A stretch of DNA of 64,000 bases from Verrucomicrobiaceae bacterium (GTDB lineage Bacteria > Verrucomicrobiota > Verrucomicrobiia > Verrucomicrobiales > Akkermansiaceae): NCBI GenBank assembly GCA_051252135.1, contig JBPOGH010000006.1, positions 64,001-128,000 on the forward strand, written 5' to 3'. How positions within the stretch are numbered: the first letter of the stretch is position 1; the number at the start of each line of letters is the position of its first letter. The notes beneath the pieces were generated by a model. That model saw nothing but the letters and a program-made list of their open reading frames with translations. It was not told where the DNA came from and ran no database searches. The position numbers and the translations under genes were made by a program. Of this stretch, positions 18,410-28,018 are shown piece after piece.

Positions 18410-20044
18410 TTAGTCCTTTTCGATCTTAACGAACTTGAAGGGGTGGTTGTTGAGAAGGAGGGGGTGCCAGTTTTTGACTTCGGGACGGACGAGGTAGTTG
18501 GTGGTGTACCAGTAGATGGGGAGGACGGGGGTGTCGTTGAGGATGGTTTCCTCGGCTTTGGCGAGGGTGGCCATGCGTTGGGCGACGTCGGCGGTGTTTT
18601 CGGCCTCGTTGAGGTATTTTTCGAAGGTGTCGGAACTCCAGCCGGTGTTGTTATTTCCGCCGTCTTTGATCCACATTTCGAGGAAGGTGGTGGGGTCGAG
18701 GTAGTCGCCGATCCAACCGCTGGCGGCGAGGTCGTAGTCGGCATCGTATTGTTTTTGAAGGTAGGTGGTCCACTCGCGCTGGACGATGCGGACGTTGATG
18801 CCGAGGTGCTCTTTCCACATGGCCTGGAGGGCTTCGGCCTCGCGGCGTCCGGTCTCGGAGTCGGTGGTGAGGATGGAGATGTCGGGGAAGGCGGAGGTGG
18901 ACTGGTATCCTGATTCGGCGAGGAGTTCGCGAGCTTTTTCAGGATTGAACTTGATGACGGCGGGCGGTTTGTATTCGCCGAAGGGCGGGGTGATGCCGGA
19001 GGCGGGAGTTTGTCCGCCCTGCATGATTTTTTCGCAGATGGCGGTTTGGTCGATGGCGATGGCGAAGGCGCGGCGGACTTTGGGATCGGTGAAGGGGGGG
19101 CGGAGGGTGTTGACGCGGAGGAAGCGGACGCCGACGTAGGGTTCCTGGCGGAGGGAGTCGGGGTAGGTTTCCTTGGCGAAGGGGATGAGCTCCGAGGGGA
19201 CGGAGTAGGTGACGTGGAGTTGATCGTCACCGAACATGCGGGTTTCGGTGTAGTAGTTGGAGACGGGGAGGTAGCGGATGCCGTTGAGTGAGACGGTTTC
19301 GGCATCCCAGTAGTGGGGGTTGCGCTCGACCTCGATCATGTGGTTGGTGGTCCAGGTTTTGAGCTGGAAGGGGCCGTTGGAGACGATGTTTCCGGGCTGG
19401 GTCCAGGGGGAGGAGAAGGCGGTGTTGATTTCCCCGTGGCGGAGGACGACGTGTTTTGGGACGGGATACCAGGTGTAGTGCTTGGTGATCTCGGGAAGGA
19501 AGGGGGTGGGGCCCCGGAGGGTGAGGAGGAGGGTGTGCTCGTCGAGGGCCTTGGCTCCGACCTGGGCGAAGTCTTTGATCTCGCCTTTGTTGTATTCCTT
19601 GGCGTTTTTGAGGAAGTAGAGCATTTCCCCATACTTGGCGGGCCAGCCCGGGTCGGGGGAGAGCATGCGCTTGTAGGAGAAGACGAAGTCGTGCGCGGTG
19701 ACGGGGACGCCGTCGGACCATTTGGCTTCGGGGTTGAGGTGGAAGGTCCACTGGGTGAATTCTTCGTTGGGGGTCCATTTCATGGCCGCTCCGGGGAGGG
19801 CGGTGCCGTCCTGGGAGGGGTGCTCGACGCAGAGGCCTTCGAAGAGGGCGCGGATGATATTGGATTCGAGGACGCCGGAGACGAGGTGGGGGTCGAGGCC
19901 TTTGGGCTCGTTGCTATTTCCGACGATGAGGATATTGGCTTCATTCGCCTCCTCGATATTGGACTGGCGACGGCAGGATGTCAGCAGGAGGCTGAGACCG
20001 AGGGCAAGGAAACCTAGAATTCGCACGGCGGAAAGGTGACGCAT
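18410..20044 (-). CDS. oppA: Oligopeptide ABC transporter substrate-binding lipoprotein
   Basis: Lipobox LLTSC, EPKGLDP, LFEGL, KWSDGVPVTAHDF, SNGPF, WIGDYLDP. Confidence 0.93.
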   Translation of the reverse strand: MRHLSAVRILGFLALGLSLLLTSCRRQSNIEEANEANILIVGNSNEPKGLDPHLVSGVLESNIIRALFEGLCVEHPSQDGTALPGAAMKWTPNEEFTQWTFHLNPEAKWSDGVPVTAHDFVFSYKRMLSPDPGWPAKYGEMLYFLKNAKEYNKGEIKDFAQVGAKALDEHTLLLTLRGPTPFLPEITKHYTWYPVPKHVVLRHGEINTAFSSPWTQPGNIVSNGPFQLKTWTTNHMIEVERNPHYWDAETVSLNGIRYLPVSNYYTETRMFGDDQLHVTYSVPSELIPFAKETYPDSLRQEPYVGVRFLRVNTLRPPFTDPKVRRAFAIAIDQTAICEKIMQGGQTPASGITPPFGEYKPPAVIKFNPEKARELLAESGYQSTSAFPDISILTTDSETGRREAEALQAMWKEHLGINVRIVQREWTTYLQKQYDADYDLAASGWIGDYLDPTTFLEMWIKDGGNNNTGWSSDTFEKYLNEAENTADVAQRMATLAKAEETILNDTPVLPIYWYTTNYLVRPEVKNWHPLLLNNHPFKFVKIEKD

Positions 20045-20137
20045 CTTTTAAGGGAGGGGAATGATTTTTTCGATTCTTGGGCGATCGGGTGGTTTTGGCT
20101 TTTGCCAAGCGGGGGTTGATTCGGTATTTCCCGCGGC

Positions 20138-21391
20138 GTGAAGATTTGTGTCGTAGGTAAGGGTGGTCGTGAGCATGCGTTGATTCGGTCGTTGCGGGAG
20201 TCGGAGAGTGCTCCGGAAGTGTTTTGTTTCCCCGGGAGTGAGGCGATTCATGAGATCGAGGGAGCGGGGACGGTGGATGCGCATGATCTGGAGAGCCTGA
20301 TTGGCTGGATGACGGGGAACGGGATCGATTTGTGTGTGGCGGGTGAGGAGAGTTATTTGGTGACGGAGGCGGGGCTGGCGAATCGTTGTGCGGAGGTGGG
20401 GATTCCTTGTTGGGGGCCTCCTTTTGCGGCGGCGCAGATGGAAGCGAGCAAGGAATTTGCGAAGGAATTCATGCAGCGTCATGCGATCCCGACGGGAGAT
20501 GCGACGGGGTGTGCGACGGCGGACGAGGCGCGGGCGGCGATTGGGGGGAAGTATCCCACGGTGTTGAAATTTGACGGCCTGGCGGCTGGAAAAGGGGTGG
20601 CGGTGTGTGAGGATGAGGCTTCGGCGGAGGAATTTCTGAAGGAGGTGATGGAGGAGCGGCGCTTTGGCGCGGGTCGGCTTTTGGTGGAAGAGTGCCTGGT
20701 GGGTCCGGAGATTTCGATCTTTGCGGCGGTGAGCGGGCCGGATTATTTAATTTTGACGCCGGCGCGGGATTACAAGCGGATCGGGGAAGGTGATGAGGGG
20801 CCGAATACGGGCGGGATGGGCGCGGTGGCGAGCCGCCAGCTGGCGGATGCGGCGCTGATGAAGCGGATTGATGAGGAAATTGTGGCTCCGACGGTGGCGG
20901 GGCTGGAGAAGGATGGGTTGAATTACAAGGGGTTCCTTTATTTTGGGCTGATGCTGACGGCGGATGGGCCGAAGATCATCGAGTATAACTGCCGCTTTGG
21001 GGATCCGGAGTGTCAGGCGGTGATGCCGCTGCTTTCGGGTGATTTGGCGACATTTTGTCTGGAGGGGGCGAAGGGGAATTTGAAGCCGGAGCTCTTGAGC
21101 TTTGATGAAGGTTGGAGTGTGTGCTGCATTCTGGCGTCGGCGGGGTATCCGGAGAGTTCGAGATCGGGTGATTTGATTGGGGGATTGAAGGAAGTTTCGG
21201 AGGCGCGGATCTATCATGCGGGGACGAAGAGGCAGGATGGGGGTTGGGCGACGAACGGAGGTCGTGTTTTGGCGATTGTGGCGGGTGGCGCGACGCGGGA
21301 GGAGGCGGTGGAGAAGGCGCATGCGGAAGCGGCGAAGGTGACTTTTGACGGGGCCCAGCGTCGTGCTGATATTGGGCGCTTGCATTTCTAG
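20138..21391 (+). CDS. purD: Phosphoribosylamine--glycine ligase
   Basis: GKGGREHAL, DGLAAGKGV, DYKR..EGDEGPNTGGMGA, EYNCRFGDPE, TNGGRVL. Confidence 0.97.
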   Translation: MKICVVGKGGREHALIRSLRESESAPEVFCFPGSEAIHEIEGAGTVDAHDLESLIGWMTGNGIDLCVAGEESYLVTEAGLANRCAEVGIPCWGPPFAAAQMEASKEFAKEFMQRHAIPTGDATGCATADEARAAIGGKYPTVLKFDGLAAGKGVAVCEDEASAEEFLKEVMEERRFGAGRLLVEECLVGPEISIFAAVSGPDYLILTPARDYKRIGEGDEGPNTGGMGAVASRQLADAALMKRIDEEIVAPTVAGLEKDGLNYKGFLYFGLMLTADGPKIIEYNCRFGDPECQAVMPLLSGDLATFCLEGAKGNLKPELLSFDEGWSVCCILASAGYPESSRSGDLIGGLKEVSEARIYHAGTKRQDGGWATNGGRVLAIVAGGATREEAVEKAHAEAAKVTFDGAQRRADIGRLHF

Positions 21392-21393
21392 AG

Positions 21394-21948
21394 ATGGCAC
21401 AACAGGCTGAATCCGCGAAGAAGATGAGCGATGCGCTAGATGAATCGGCGATCTCGGCGGCTGTTGGCCGTCTGGCGGATCAGCTATTTCAGGCGGCGGG
21501 GAGTGAGACGATTGATTTGATCGGGATACGGAGTCGGGGTGATGAGGTGGCGGAGCGGGTGGTGAAGATTTTGGAAGAGAAGGGTGCTTCGGTGCGGTTT
21601 GGGGTGCTCGATATTTCGCTTTATCGGGATGACTACGAGCATTTGCGGGAGAATCCGAAATTGCAGGGGAGCGAGATTGATTTTCCGATTGATGGCTCGC
21701 GGGTGATTTTGGTGGATGATGTGATTTTTACGGGTCGGACGATTCGGGCGGCGCTGGATGCGTTGTTTGACTACGGACGTCCGGCAGTGATTGAGCTGGC
21801 GGTCCTGATTGACCGGGGACACCGGGAGCTTCCGATTGAGCCGCGTTATGTGGGGATGACACTGGAGACAGAGCGTCTGGATCATGTGAAGGTCAGTCTG
21901 AAGAAGACGGACGGAGAAGATTTGGTAGAACTTAAACAGCAGAATTAG
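21394..21948 (+). CDS. pyrR: Pyrimidine operon regulator / uracil phosphoribosyltransferase
   Basis: LDISLYRDD, LVDDVIFTGRTIRAAL, DRGHRELPI. Confidence 0.96.
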   Translation: MAQQAESAKKMSDALDESAISAAVGRLADQLFQAAGSETIDLIGIRSRGDEVAERVVKILEEKGASVRFGVLDISLYRDDYEHLRENPKLQGSEIDFPIDGSRVILVDDVIFTGRTIRAALDALFDYGRPAVIELAVLIDRGHRELPIEPRYVGMTLETERLDHVKVSLKKTDGEDLVELKQQN

Positions 21949-21953
21949 AAATT

Positions 21954-22877
21954 ATGGTCCGCAAAGATTTCCTCGATATTGTGTCGCTTGAGCGTGAGGA
22001 GATTGTGGATTTGTTGGATCAGGCGGTGCCGTTCAAGGATTTGTTCACGCGGTCGGTGAAGAAGGTGCCGGCGCTGAAGGGGAAGACGGTGCTGATGTTG
22101 TTTTATGAACCCTCGACGCGGACGCTTTCGTCCTTTGAGGTGGCGGCGAAGCGGTTGTCGGCTGATGTGACGATCTTTGATGTGCCGTCGTCCTCGGTGA
22201 CGAAGGGGGAGTCGGTGAGGGATACGATTGATACGTTGCAGGCGATGCGGGCGGATTACATTGTGGTGCGGCATCGTTTGTCGGGGCAACCGGCGGCGAT
22301 TGCGCGGCAGACGGGAGCGTCGGTGATCAATGCGGGAGATGGTTCCCATGCGCATCCGACGCAAGGGTTGCTGGATGCGTTTACGCTGCGGGAGGTTTAT
22401 CCGGAGCTGGAGAAGAAGCGGGTGTTGATTGTGGGTGATATTTTGCACAGCCGGGTGGCGAGATCGACGAGTACGATTTTGCGGAAGCTGGGAGTGGAGG
22501 TGGCGTTTCTGGGGCCGGGGAGTTTGGTGCCGAAGAGCGGGCCGGCCGACATCCGGAGGTTTACGAATTACGATGTGGCGATGAGGGAGTTCCGGCCGGA
22601 TGCGGTTTACCTTTTACGGGTGCAGAAGGAGCGGATGTCGGCGCCGTTTTTTCCGAGTGATCGTGAGTATCACACTCTTTACGGGGTGACCGATGAGCGG
22701 CTGAAGCAGCTTGCGGGCGAGGGGATTTACGTGATGCATCCGGGTCCGATCAATCGTGGGGTGGAGCTGTGCGATGCGGTGCTGGACTATGAACGCTGTC
22801 TGATTTCCCAACAGGTTGAGAACGGCATTGCGGCTCGCATGTCGGTTCTTTACGGCCTGAAACCTCAAACATCATGA
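21954..22877 (+). CDS. pyrB: Aspartate carbamoyltransferase catalytic subunit
   Basis: FYEPSTRT, KGES..DT, INAGDG..AHPTQ, GDILHSRV, RVQKER, MHPGPINRG. Confidence 0.97.
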   Translation: MVRKDFLDIVSLEREEIVDLLDQAVPFKDLFTRSVKKVPALKGKTVLMLFYEPSTRTLSSFEVAAKRLSADVTIFDVPSSSVTKGESVRDTIDTLQAMRADYIVVRHRLSGQPAAIARQTGASVINAGDGSHAHPTQGLLDAFTLREVYPELEKKRVLIVGDILHSRVARSTSTILRKLGVEVAFLGPGSLVPKSGPADIRRFTNYDVAMREFRPDAVYLLRVQKERMSAPFFPSDREYHTLYGVTDERLKQLAGEGIYVMHPGPINRGVELCDAVLDYERCLISQQVENGIAARMSVLYGLKPQTS

Positions 22878-24148
22878 ATCTCTTTTTAAAAGGTGGCGAA
22901 ATTGCCACGGAAGATGCCGCTCCGGTGAGAGCGGATGTGTGGATCGAGAACGGAACGATCAAAGCGGTGGGTGCCGATCTGGCGACGCCGGAAGGTGCGC
23001 GGGTGATCGATGTGACGGGCAAGGTGGTGATGCCGGGGATGTTTGATGCGCATGTTCACTTTCGCGAGCCGGGGCAGGAGCATAAGGAGACGATCAAGGA
23101 TGGGACCGAGGCGGCGATCAATGGAGGAATTACGGGGGTGGTGATGATGCCGAATACGAGTCCGGCGATTGATTCGGCAACGGTGGTGAAGCGGGTTTTG
23201 GATGCGGGTAGGGAGTGCCGGATTCCGGTGCTGACATCCGGTTGTATCACGGTGGGTCGGGCCGGTCATGAGATGGCGGGGATTGACGGGATGCGGAAGG
23301 CGGGAGTGCTGATGCTGACGGATGACGGGGATGCGGTGCCGAATGCGGCCCTTTTGAAACGGGCGATGGAGTATGGGAGTGAGTTTGGGATGTTTTTTGC
23401 GAGTCACTGCGAGGAAGTGCAGCTTTGCGGGCCGCGGGCGTTGAACGAAGGGGCGGTGAGTTATCGTCTGGGGATTGAAGGGACTCCGGCTTTGGCTGAG
23501 GAAATTTCAATGTCGCGCGATCTGGCGTTGGCGTATGCGACGGGGGCGACCTTGCACATTCAGCATGTGAGCACGGCGATCGGGATGGAGCAGATCAAGT
23601 GGTGGCGCGATGAGCGGGGAGCGAGTGTTTCAGGTGAGGTGTCACCGCATCATCTGATGTTTACCGATGAGGACATCGGCGATTACGACACGCATTATAA
23701 GATGAATCCACCGTTGCGGACGGCGGCGGACAATGCGGCGTTGCTGCAGGGGCTGAAGGACGGGGCGTTTCGGATTATTGCGACGGATCATGCGCCGCAC
23801 ACCGAGTTTGAGAAATCACAGGCCTTTGTGGATGCTCCGAACGGGATTACCGGGTTGGACACGGCTTTGGTGTCGCTCTTTGACCGTTTCGTGGACAAGG
23901 GTGAGTTTGGCTGGGATTTGATTGTGAAGCGTTACTCTGCAGAGCCGCGCCGGATGATGGCGCTTGAGGTGGCGGAAGTGGCAGAGGGAAAGGGTGCGGA
24001 TCTGATCGTGTTCGATCCGAAAGGAGAGACGACGTTTACGAAGGAGTTCATGAAGTCGAGGAGTTCCAACACGCCGTTTTTGAACAAGACTCTGAAGGGG
24101 TCGGTTGATCTGGTGGTGCTGGGGGATGAGGTGCTGCTGGAGCGGTAG
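22874..24148 (+). CDS. pyrC: Dihydroorotase (long type)
   Basis: DAHVHFREPG, MPNTSP, HCEE, HIQHVS, KMNPPLR, ATDHAPH; ATGA overlap with pyrB. Confidence 0.95.
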   Translation: MNLFLKGGEIATEDAAPVRADVWIENGTIKAVGADLATPEGARVIDVTGKVVMPGMFDAHVHFREPGQEHKETIKDGTEAAINGGITGVVMMPNTSPAIDSATVVKRVLDAGRECRIPVLTSGCITVGRAGHEMAGIDGMRKAGVLMLTDDGDAVPNAALLKRAMEYGSEFGMFFASHCEEVQLCGPRALNEGAVSYRLGIEGTPALAEEISMSRDLALAYATGATLHIQHVSTAIGMEQIKWWRDERGASVSGEVSPHHLMFTDEDIGDYDTHYKMNPPLRTAADNAALLQGLKDGAFRIIATDHAPHTEFEKSQAFVDAPNGITGLDTALVSLFDRFVDKGEFGWDLIVKRYSAEPRRMMALEVAEVAEGKGADLIVFDPKGETTFTKEFMKSRSSNTPFLNKTLKGSVDLVVLGDEVLLER

Positions 24149-24168
24149 GGGGAGGCGGTTTTTCAGAG

Positions 24169-24363
24169 ATGAAAAAATCAGGGTCAATCATTGTGATCGG
24201 AGTGATCCTTTTTTGGGCGGGCGTTTTTTTGATGGCGCCAGCGATTAGGGGCGACGGTGGATTGGCTCCTATCAACAAAGTTCCCGTATTGTTGCAATCG
24301 CTGGGGGTTTTGATGGTGGTCGGGGGATTGGTGGCGAGGAGACAGCCCGGGAAGAAGGGCTGA
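24169..24363 (+). CDS. Small two-helix membrane protein
   Basis: 64 aa, two hydrophobic segments with basic termini; fills the gap between pyrC and a terminator. Confidence 0.55.
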   Translation: MKKSGSIIVIGVILFWAGVFLMAPAIRGDGGLAPINKVPVLLQSLGVLMVVGGLVARRQPGKKG

Positions 24364-24389
24364 TTGTTTTTTAGGAGAGCGGTCCAAAG

Positions 24390-24423
24390 AAAAAGCCCGC
24401 AGGGATGATCCCTCCGGGCTTTT
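24390..24423. terminator. Bidirectional Rho-independent terminator
   Basis: AAAAGCCCG...AGGGAT-G-ATCCCT...CGGGCTTTT between convergent genes. Confidence 0.85.
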
Positions 24424-24447
24424 GAAAAAATTGAATCTCAGGGAGAT

Positions 24448-24888
24448 TTAGGAAATTTCCTGTGCGTAGAAATCCTGCCAGTCCTCAAGGTTGTTGAGGT
24501 TCACGGCGTCGAGGATTGCTCCGTTGTCAGCGATGCCGACTGCGGCAAGGATGTTGGCGCGGGTTGCGTCGTCGTGGTTGTAACCAACAACAGCGGCGTT
24601 GTGTGCGTCGATCTTGGCTGCGTCGATGGCGCCGCCGTTTTGGTCGAGGACCCACTGCTCACACTGGGTGTAGGAAGGCTTGTTTGCCTTGATGTAGTCG
24701 AGGAAAGCTTCGCGGTTGATACCGAGAGCGTCGAGGGTCATCTGGTCGAAGCCAGCTCCTGCTGCAGGGTAGTCAGAGTGAAGTTTACCGACGGCGTCGA
24801 GGGAAGCTTTCTGCCAGAGGCGTGGGAGGTGAAGGACACCGAGAGGTCCGGCGATACCGGAGGTGATGGTAGGAATGATTTGGCTCAT
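24448..24888 (-). CDS. DUF5069-like protein
   Basis: Start MSQIIP (ATG 24888); GPLGVLHLPRLWQKA, DY, LNNLEDW resemble the verrucomicrobial DUF5069 family (recalled, not searched). Confidence 0.7.
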   Translation of the reverse strand: MSQIIPTITSGIAGPLGVLHLPRLWQKASLDAVGKLHSDYPAAGAGFDQMTLDALGINREAFLDYIKANKPSYTQCEQWVLDQNGGAIDAAKIDAHNAAVVGYNHDDATRANILAAVGIADNGAILDAVNLNNLEDWQDFYAQEIS

Positions 24889-25011
24889 TTCTTTGTTCTG
24901 TAGTTGGTTTCTGTATTCAGAGGCCAAGGCGTTTGGCAACTTAGGAGAAGTGTTAGCGGGCAGTGACATGTATGGCAAATGATTAGTGCCGAAGATTGGA
25001 GGATAAAGGGT

Positions 25012-26412
25012 TTAGGTGCCGCAGAAGGTGTTGCAGACGATTTCTTCGGGGGCGGGGGATTGTTCGAAGGATTCGTTTTGGGGTTGTTCGGTGAAGGGGT
25101 GGTTGAGGATGTGGTGGAGGCGGTGGAAGGGGCCGAAGTCTCCGGCGTAGGCGGCTTTAATGACTTCTGCGACGCGGTGGTTGCGGGGGATGAAGATGGG
25201 GTTGGTGCGGCGCATGAGGTCGTGGTCGATCTGATGCGGGTGATTTTTCCAACGGGTGAGCCAGTCTTGGGCGGGGGTGGGGTTTTTGAATTGGGCGAGG
25301 AAGTCGGGTTCGCTGGAGGCGAGGTGTCGGAAGGTGAGGGTGAAATCGGCCTGTTGGTCGGCCATGAGATCGAGGAGGTCCTGGTTGATTGACCAGTCGG
25401 AGTTGTTGGGGAGGCCGATTTTTTTGGAGAAGACCTGGAGGCGGGCGGACTTGTAGAGGTCAGGGAATTGTTCGAGGGCGTCCTTTGCGGAAGCGACGGC
25501 GGAATCCTCATCCTCGCCGAGTAGCGGGAGGAGGGCTTCGGCGAGGCGGGTGAGGTTCCATTGGGCGATGCCGGGTTGGTTTTGGTAGGCGTAGCGGCCC
25601 TGGCGGTCGATGAAGGAGTATTTTTGGGCGGGGTTGTAGCGGTCCATGAAGGCGCACGGGCCGTAGTCGATGGTTTCGCCGGTGAGGCTCATGTTATCGG
25701 TGTTCATGACGCCGTGGATGAAGCCGATGCTCATCCATTGGGCGATGAGTTGGGCTTGGCGGGCGATGACGCCCTGGAGGAGTTCGAGGGCGTTTGTGGC
25801 GGCGGGGTGGTGTCGGGAAATGGCGTAGTCGACCAGGTGGGCGAGGCTTTCGAGGTCCTGGCGGGCGGCGAAATACTGGACGGTGCCGATGCGGAGGTGT
25901 GAGCTGGCGACGCGGGTGAGGATGCCACCGGGCTCGAGCTCTTCGCGGACGACCTGTTCACCGGTGGTGACGGCGGCGAGGGCGCGGGTGGTGGGGACGC
26001 CGAGGGCGTGCATGGCTTCCGAGAGGAGGTATTCGCGGAGGACGGGACCGAGGGCGGAGCGGCCATCGCCGCGACGGGAGTAGGGCGTGGGGCCGGAGCC
26101 CTTGAGTTGGATGTCTTTTCCCGAGACCTCGCCGAGGAGGATGGCGCGGCCGTCGCCGAGTTGGGGGTTGAAGCTGGCGAATTGGTGTCCGGAGTAGGCC
26201 ATGGCGAGAGGTTCGGCGCCTTTGGGGATTTCGTTTCCGGAGAGGAAGGCGAGTCCCCGGTCGGTCTCGAGGGACGCGGGATTGATCCCGAGATCGGCGC
26301 AGAGGTCGTGATTGATCGCGATGAGGGAGGGGGAAGAGACGGGGGTGGGGTCGACCTTTTGGAAGAAGGTTCCGGGGAGGCGGGCGTAGGTGTTTTTGAA
26401 CTCGAAGGGCAT
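25012..26412 (-). CDS. selO: Protein adenylyltransferase SelO/YdiU
   Basis: YSGHQF, QLGDGRA, QLKGSGPTPYSRRGDGR, GFIHGVMNTDN, IDYGPC, C-terminal TFCGT; start at MPFEF. Confidence 0.95.
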   Translation of the reverse strand: MPFEFKNTYARLPGTFFQKVDPTPVSSPSLIAINHDLCADLGINPASLETDRGLAFLSGNEIPKGAEPLAMAYSGHQFASFNPQLGDGRAILLGEVSGKDIQLKGSGPTPYSRRGDGRSALGPVLREYLLSEAMHALGVPTTRALAAVTTGEQVVREELEPGGILTRVASSHLRIGTVQYFAARQDLESLAHLVDYAISRHHPAATNALELLQGVIARQAQLIAQWMSIGFIHGVMNTDNMSLTGETIDYGPCAFMDRYNPAQKYSFIDRQGRYAYQNQPGIAQWNLTRLAEALLPLLGEDEDSAVASAKDALEQFPDLYKSARLQVFSKKIGLPNNSDWSINQDLLDLMADQQADFTLTFRHLASSEPDFLAQFKNPTPAQDWLTRWKNHPHQIDHDLMRRTNPIFIPRNHRVAEVIKAAYAGDFGPFHRLHHILNHPFTEQPQNESFEQSPAPEEIVCNTFCGT

Positions 26413-26475
26413 GGGGAATGGGGAAAAAGTTAAAAGGCTCTTTTCAGCGTTTGGTTGAGAGGTAGTTTCATTTCC

Positions 26476-27297
26476 ATGCTTCGACCACGGAAAAAGTACA
26501 CCGTTTACGATCTGCAACAACTGAAGGGGAAGCGGTGTCTGACCCATATTCATGTGAAGTCGCCGGAAGAGGCAGCGGCGGCCGAGGAGGCGGGGGTGGA
26601 TATTATGAGCTGCAGTTTTGATTCGCCGGAATCGCAGGCGCGGCTTCCGGGATTGGTGGCGGCGGCTCCGAAGAGTTTCTTTTCCTGTGCGACGCCGCAC
26701 GGGTTGGCGACGCAGGAAGAGGCGATCCGGGTGGGCTTCAAGGCCTTGGAGATGGGGGCGAGCTCGGTTTATTGCTCGGCAAGTCCCTTTATCATTGAGG
26801 GAATGACGCGGGAGCGGATTCCGGTGGTGGGGCATTTGGGGATGATTCCGCGTCATGTGACATGGACGAATTATCGCGGGATTGGGAAGTCGGAGGAGGA
26901 GGCGCAGGCGCTCTATCAGGGGATGCTGGACCTAGAGTCGGCGGGTGCCTACGCGGCGGAGGTGGAGTGTGTGCCGGAGAAGTTGGCGAGCTTTATGGCA
27001 TCGAAGACGAAGATGATTCTGATGTCGCTGGGGTCGGGACGGGGTTGTGACACGCAGTTTCTTTTTTCCGATGACATTTTGGGTGATTACGACGAGCGCT
27101 TGCCGCGGCATGCGAAGGCGTATCGGGATTTCGCTGCGGAGTATCGGAGGTTGCAAGCGGAGCGGGTGGCGGCGTTTGGCGAATACATTGCGGACGTGCA
27201 GAGCGGGAGTTTTCCGGGTGAGGCGAATTTGTTGAAGGCGGACGATGAAGTGATTGAGGGCGTGATTTCGAAGATTAATGAGCAAGAGCAATTCTGA
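26476..27297 (+). CDS. Divergent ketopantoate hydroxymethyltransferase (PanB)-like protein
   Basis: IPVVGHLGMIP, AGAYAAEVECVP, SLGSGRGCDTQFLF..DILG, PRHAKAY, ADVQSGSFP; the N-terminal AYD and VGDS motifs of canonical PanB are absent. Confidence 0.75.
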   Translation: MLRPRKKYTVYDLQQLKGKRCLTHIHVKSPEEAAAAEEAGVDIMSCSFDSPESQARLPGLVAAAPKSFFSCATPHGLATQEEAIRVGFKALEMGASSVYCSASPFIIEGMTRERIPVVGHLGMIPRHVTWTNYRGIGKSEEEAQALYQGMLDLESAGAYAAEVECVPEKLASFMASKTKMILMSLGSGRGCDTQFLFSDDILGDYDERLPRHAKAYRDFAAEYRRLQAERVAAFGEYIADVQSGSFPGEANLLKADDEVIEGVISKINEQEQF

Positions 27298-27961
27298 GGC
27301 GATCGAGGTGCGTCCGGGTGAGCGGGAGGGGTTCGTGACCGGTCTTGATGGAAAGGCGATGCGGATTCCGGGTGGTTGGGGTCGGTTGCGTCCGGGGGAT
27401 GCGGCGTTGAGTCGTCGGGTGAAGATGGAGGGTCCGAGTTGGACGGTGATTGAGATCAAGCGGCGGAAGAAATTTTCGCACGGGATTCTGGCGCCGGCGG
27501 ACCGGATTGAGCGGCTCAAGGCGGAGCGGGAGTTGGAGAAGGACGATCCGAAGTATCAGAAGAAGCTGGAGTTGGGGCGGGCACGGCGGGCGAAGGCGGA
27601 GGAGGCTTATGCGGAGGAATTCGAGCAAGCGGTGTATCAGTTTTTGAACTTTGATGAAGACCATCTGGAATTGGCGAATGCGCTGACCAAGGCGGTGGCG
27701 GAGCATGCGGTGCCGGTGGGGAGCGGGACGGTGGCGCGGACGCAGCGGATTCCGGTGGAGCGGCGTGCGGAGGCGGCAGTGATCGCGTGGATGCGTCATC
27801 AGACGACGGCTTATGACAATATGGTCATTCCCCGGGAGAAGGGGGCGCGTCGGGAAGTGCGGCGGATACTGGCGGAGCGATCGCGCAAGTTGCTGGGGAG
27901 ATATCGTTCCGGAGGGAAGGTGGGGGAAGGGCGGTGTGTGTTAAAAGAGGCGCTCAAATGA
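27278..27961 (+). CDS. DUF2293-domain protein
   Basis: VGSGTVART and AAVIAWMRHQTTAYD motifs. Confidence 0.8.
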   Translation: MSKSNSEAIEVRPGEREGFVTGLDGKAMRIPGGWGRLRPGDAALSRRVKMEGPSWTVIEIKRRKKFSHGILAPADRIERLKAERELEKDDPKYQKKLELGRARRAKAEEAYAEEFEQAVYQFLNFDEDHLELANALTKAVAEHAVPVGSGTVARTQRIPVERRAEAAVIAWMRHQTTAYDNMVIPREKGARREVRRILAERSRKLLGRYRSGGKVGEGRCVLKEALK

Positions 27962-27969
27962 GGGGACGA

Positions 27970-28003
27970 AAAATCCGCCCCCCAATCAAGGAGAGCGGAT
28001 TTT
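27970..28003. terminator. Probable bidirectional terminator
   Basis: AAAATCCGC...GCGGATTTT inverted repeat between convergent genes. Confidence 0.6.
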
Positions 28004-28018
28004 GATAACAGTGGCTTT

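Noticed and set aside
25012..26412. SelO as another selenoprotein
   Set aside because: It ends TFCGT-TAA with Cys and has no in-frame UGA.
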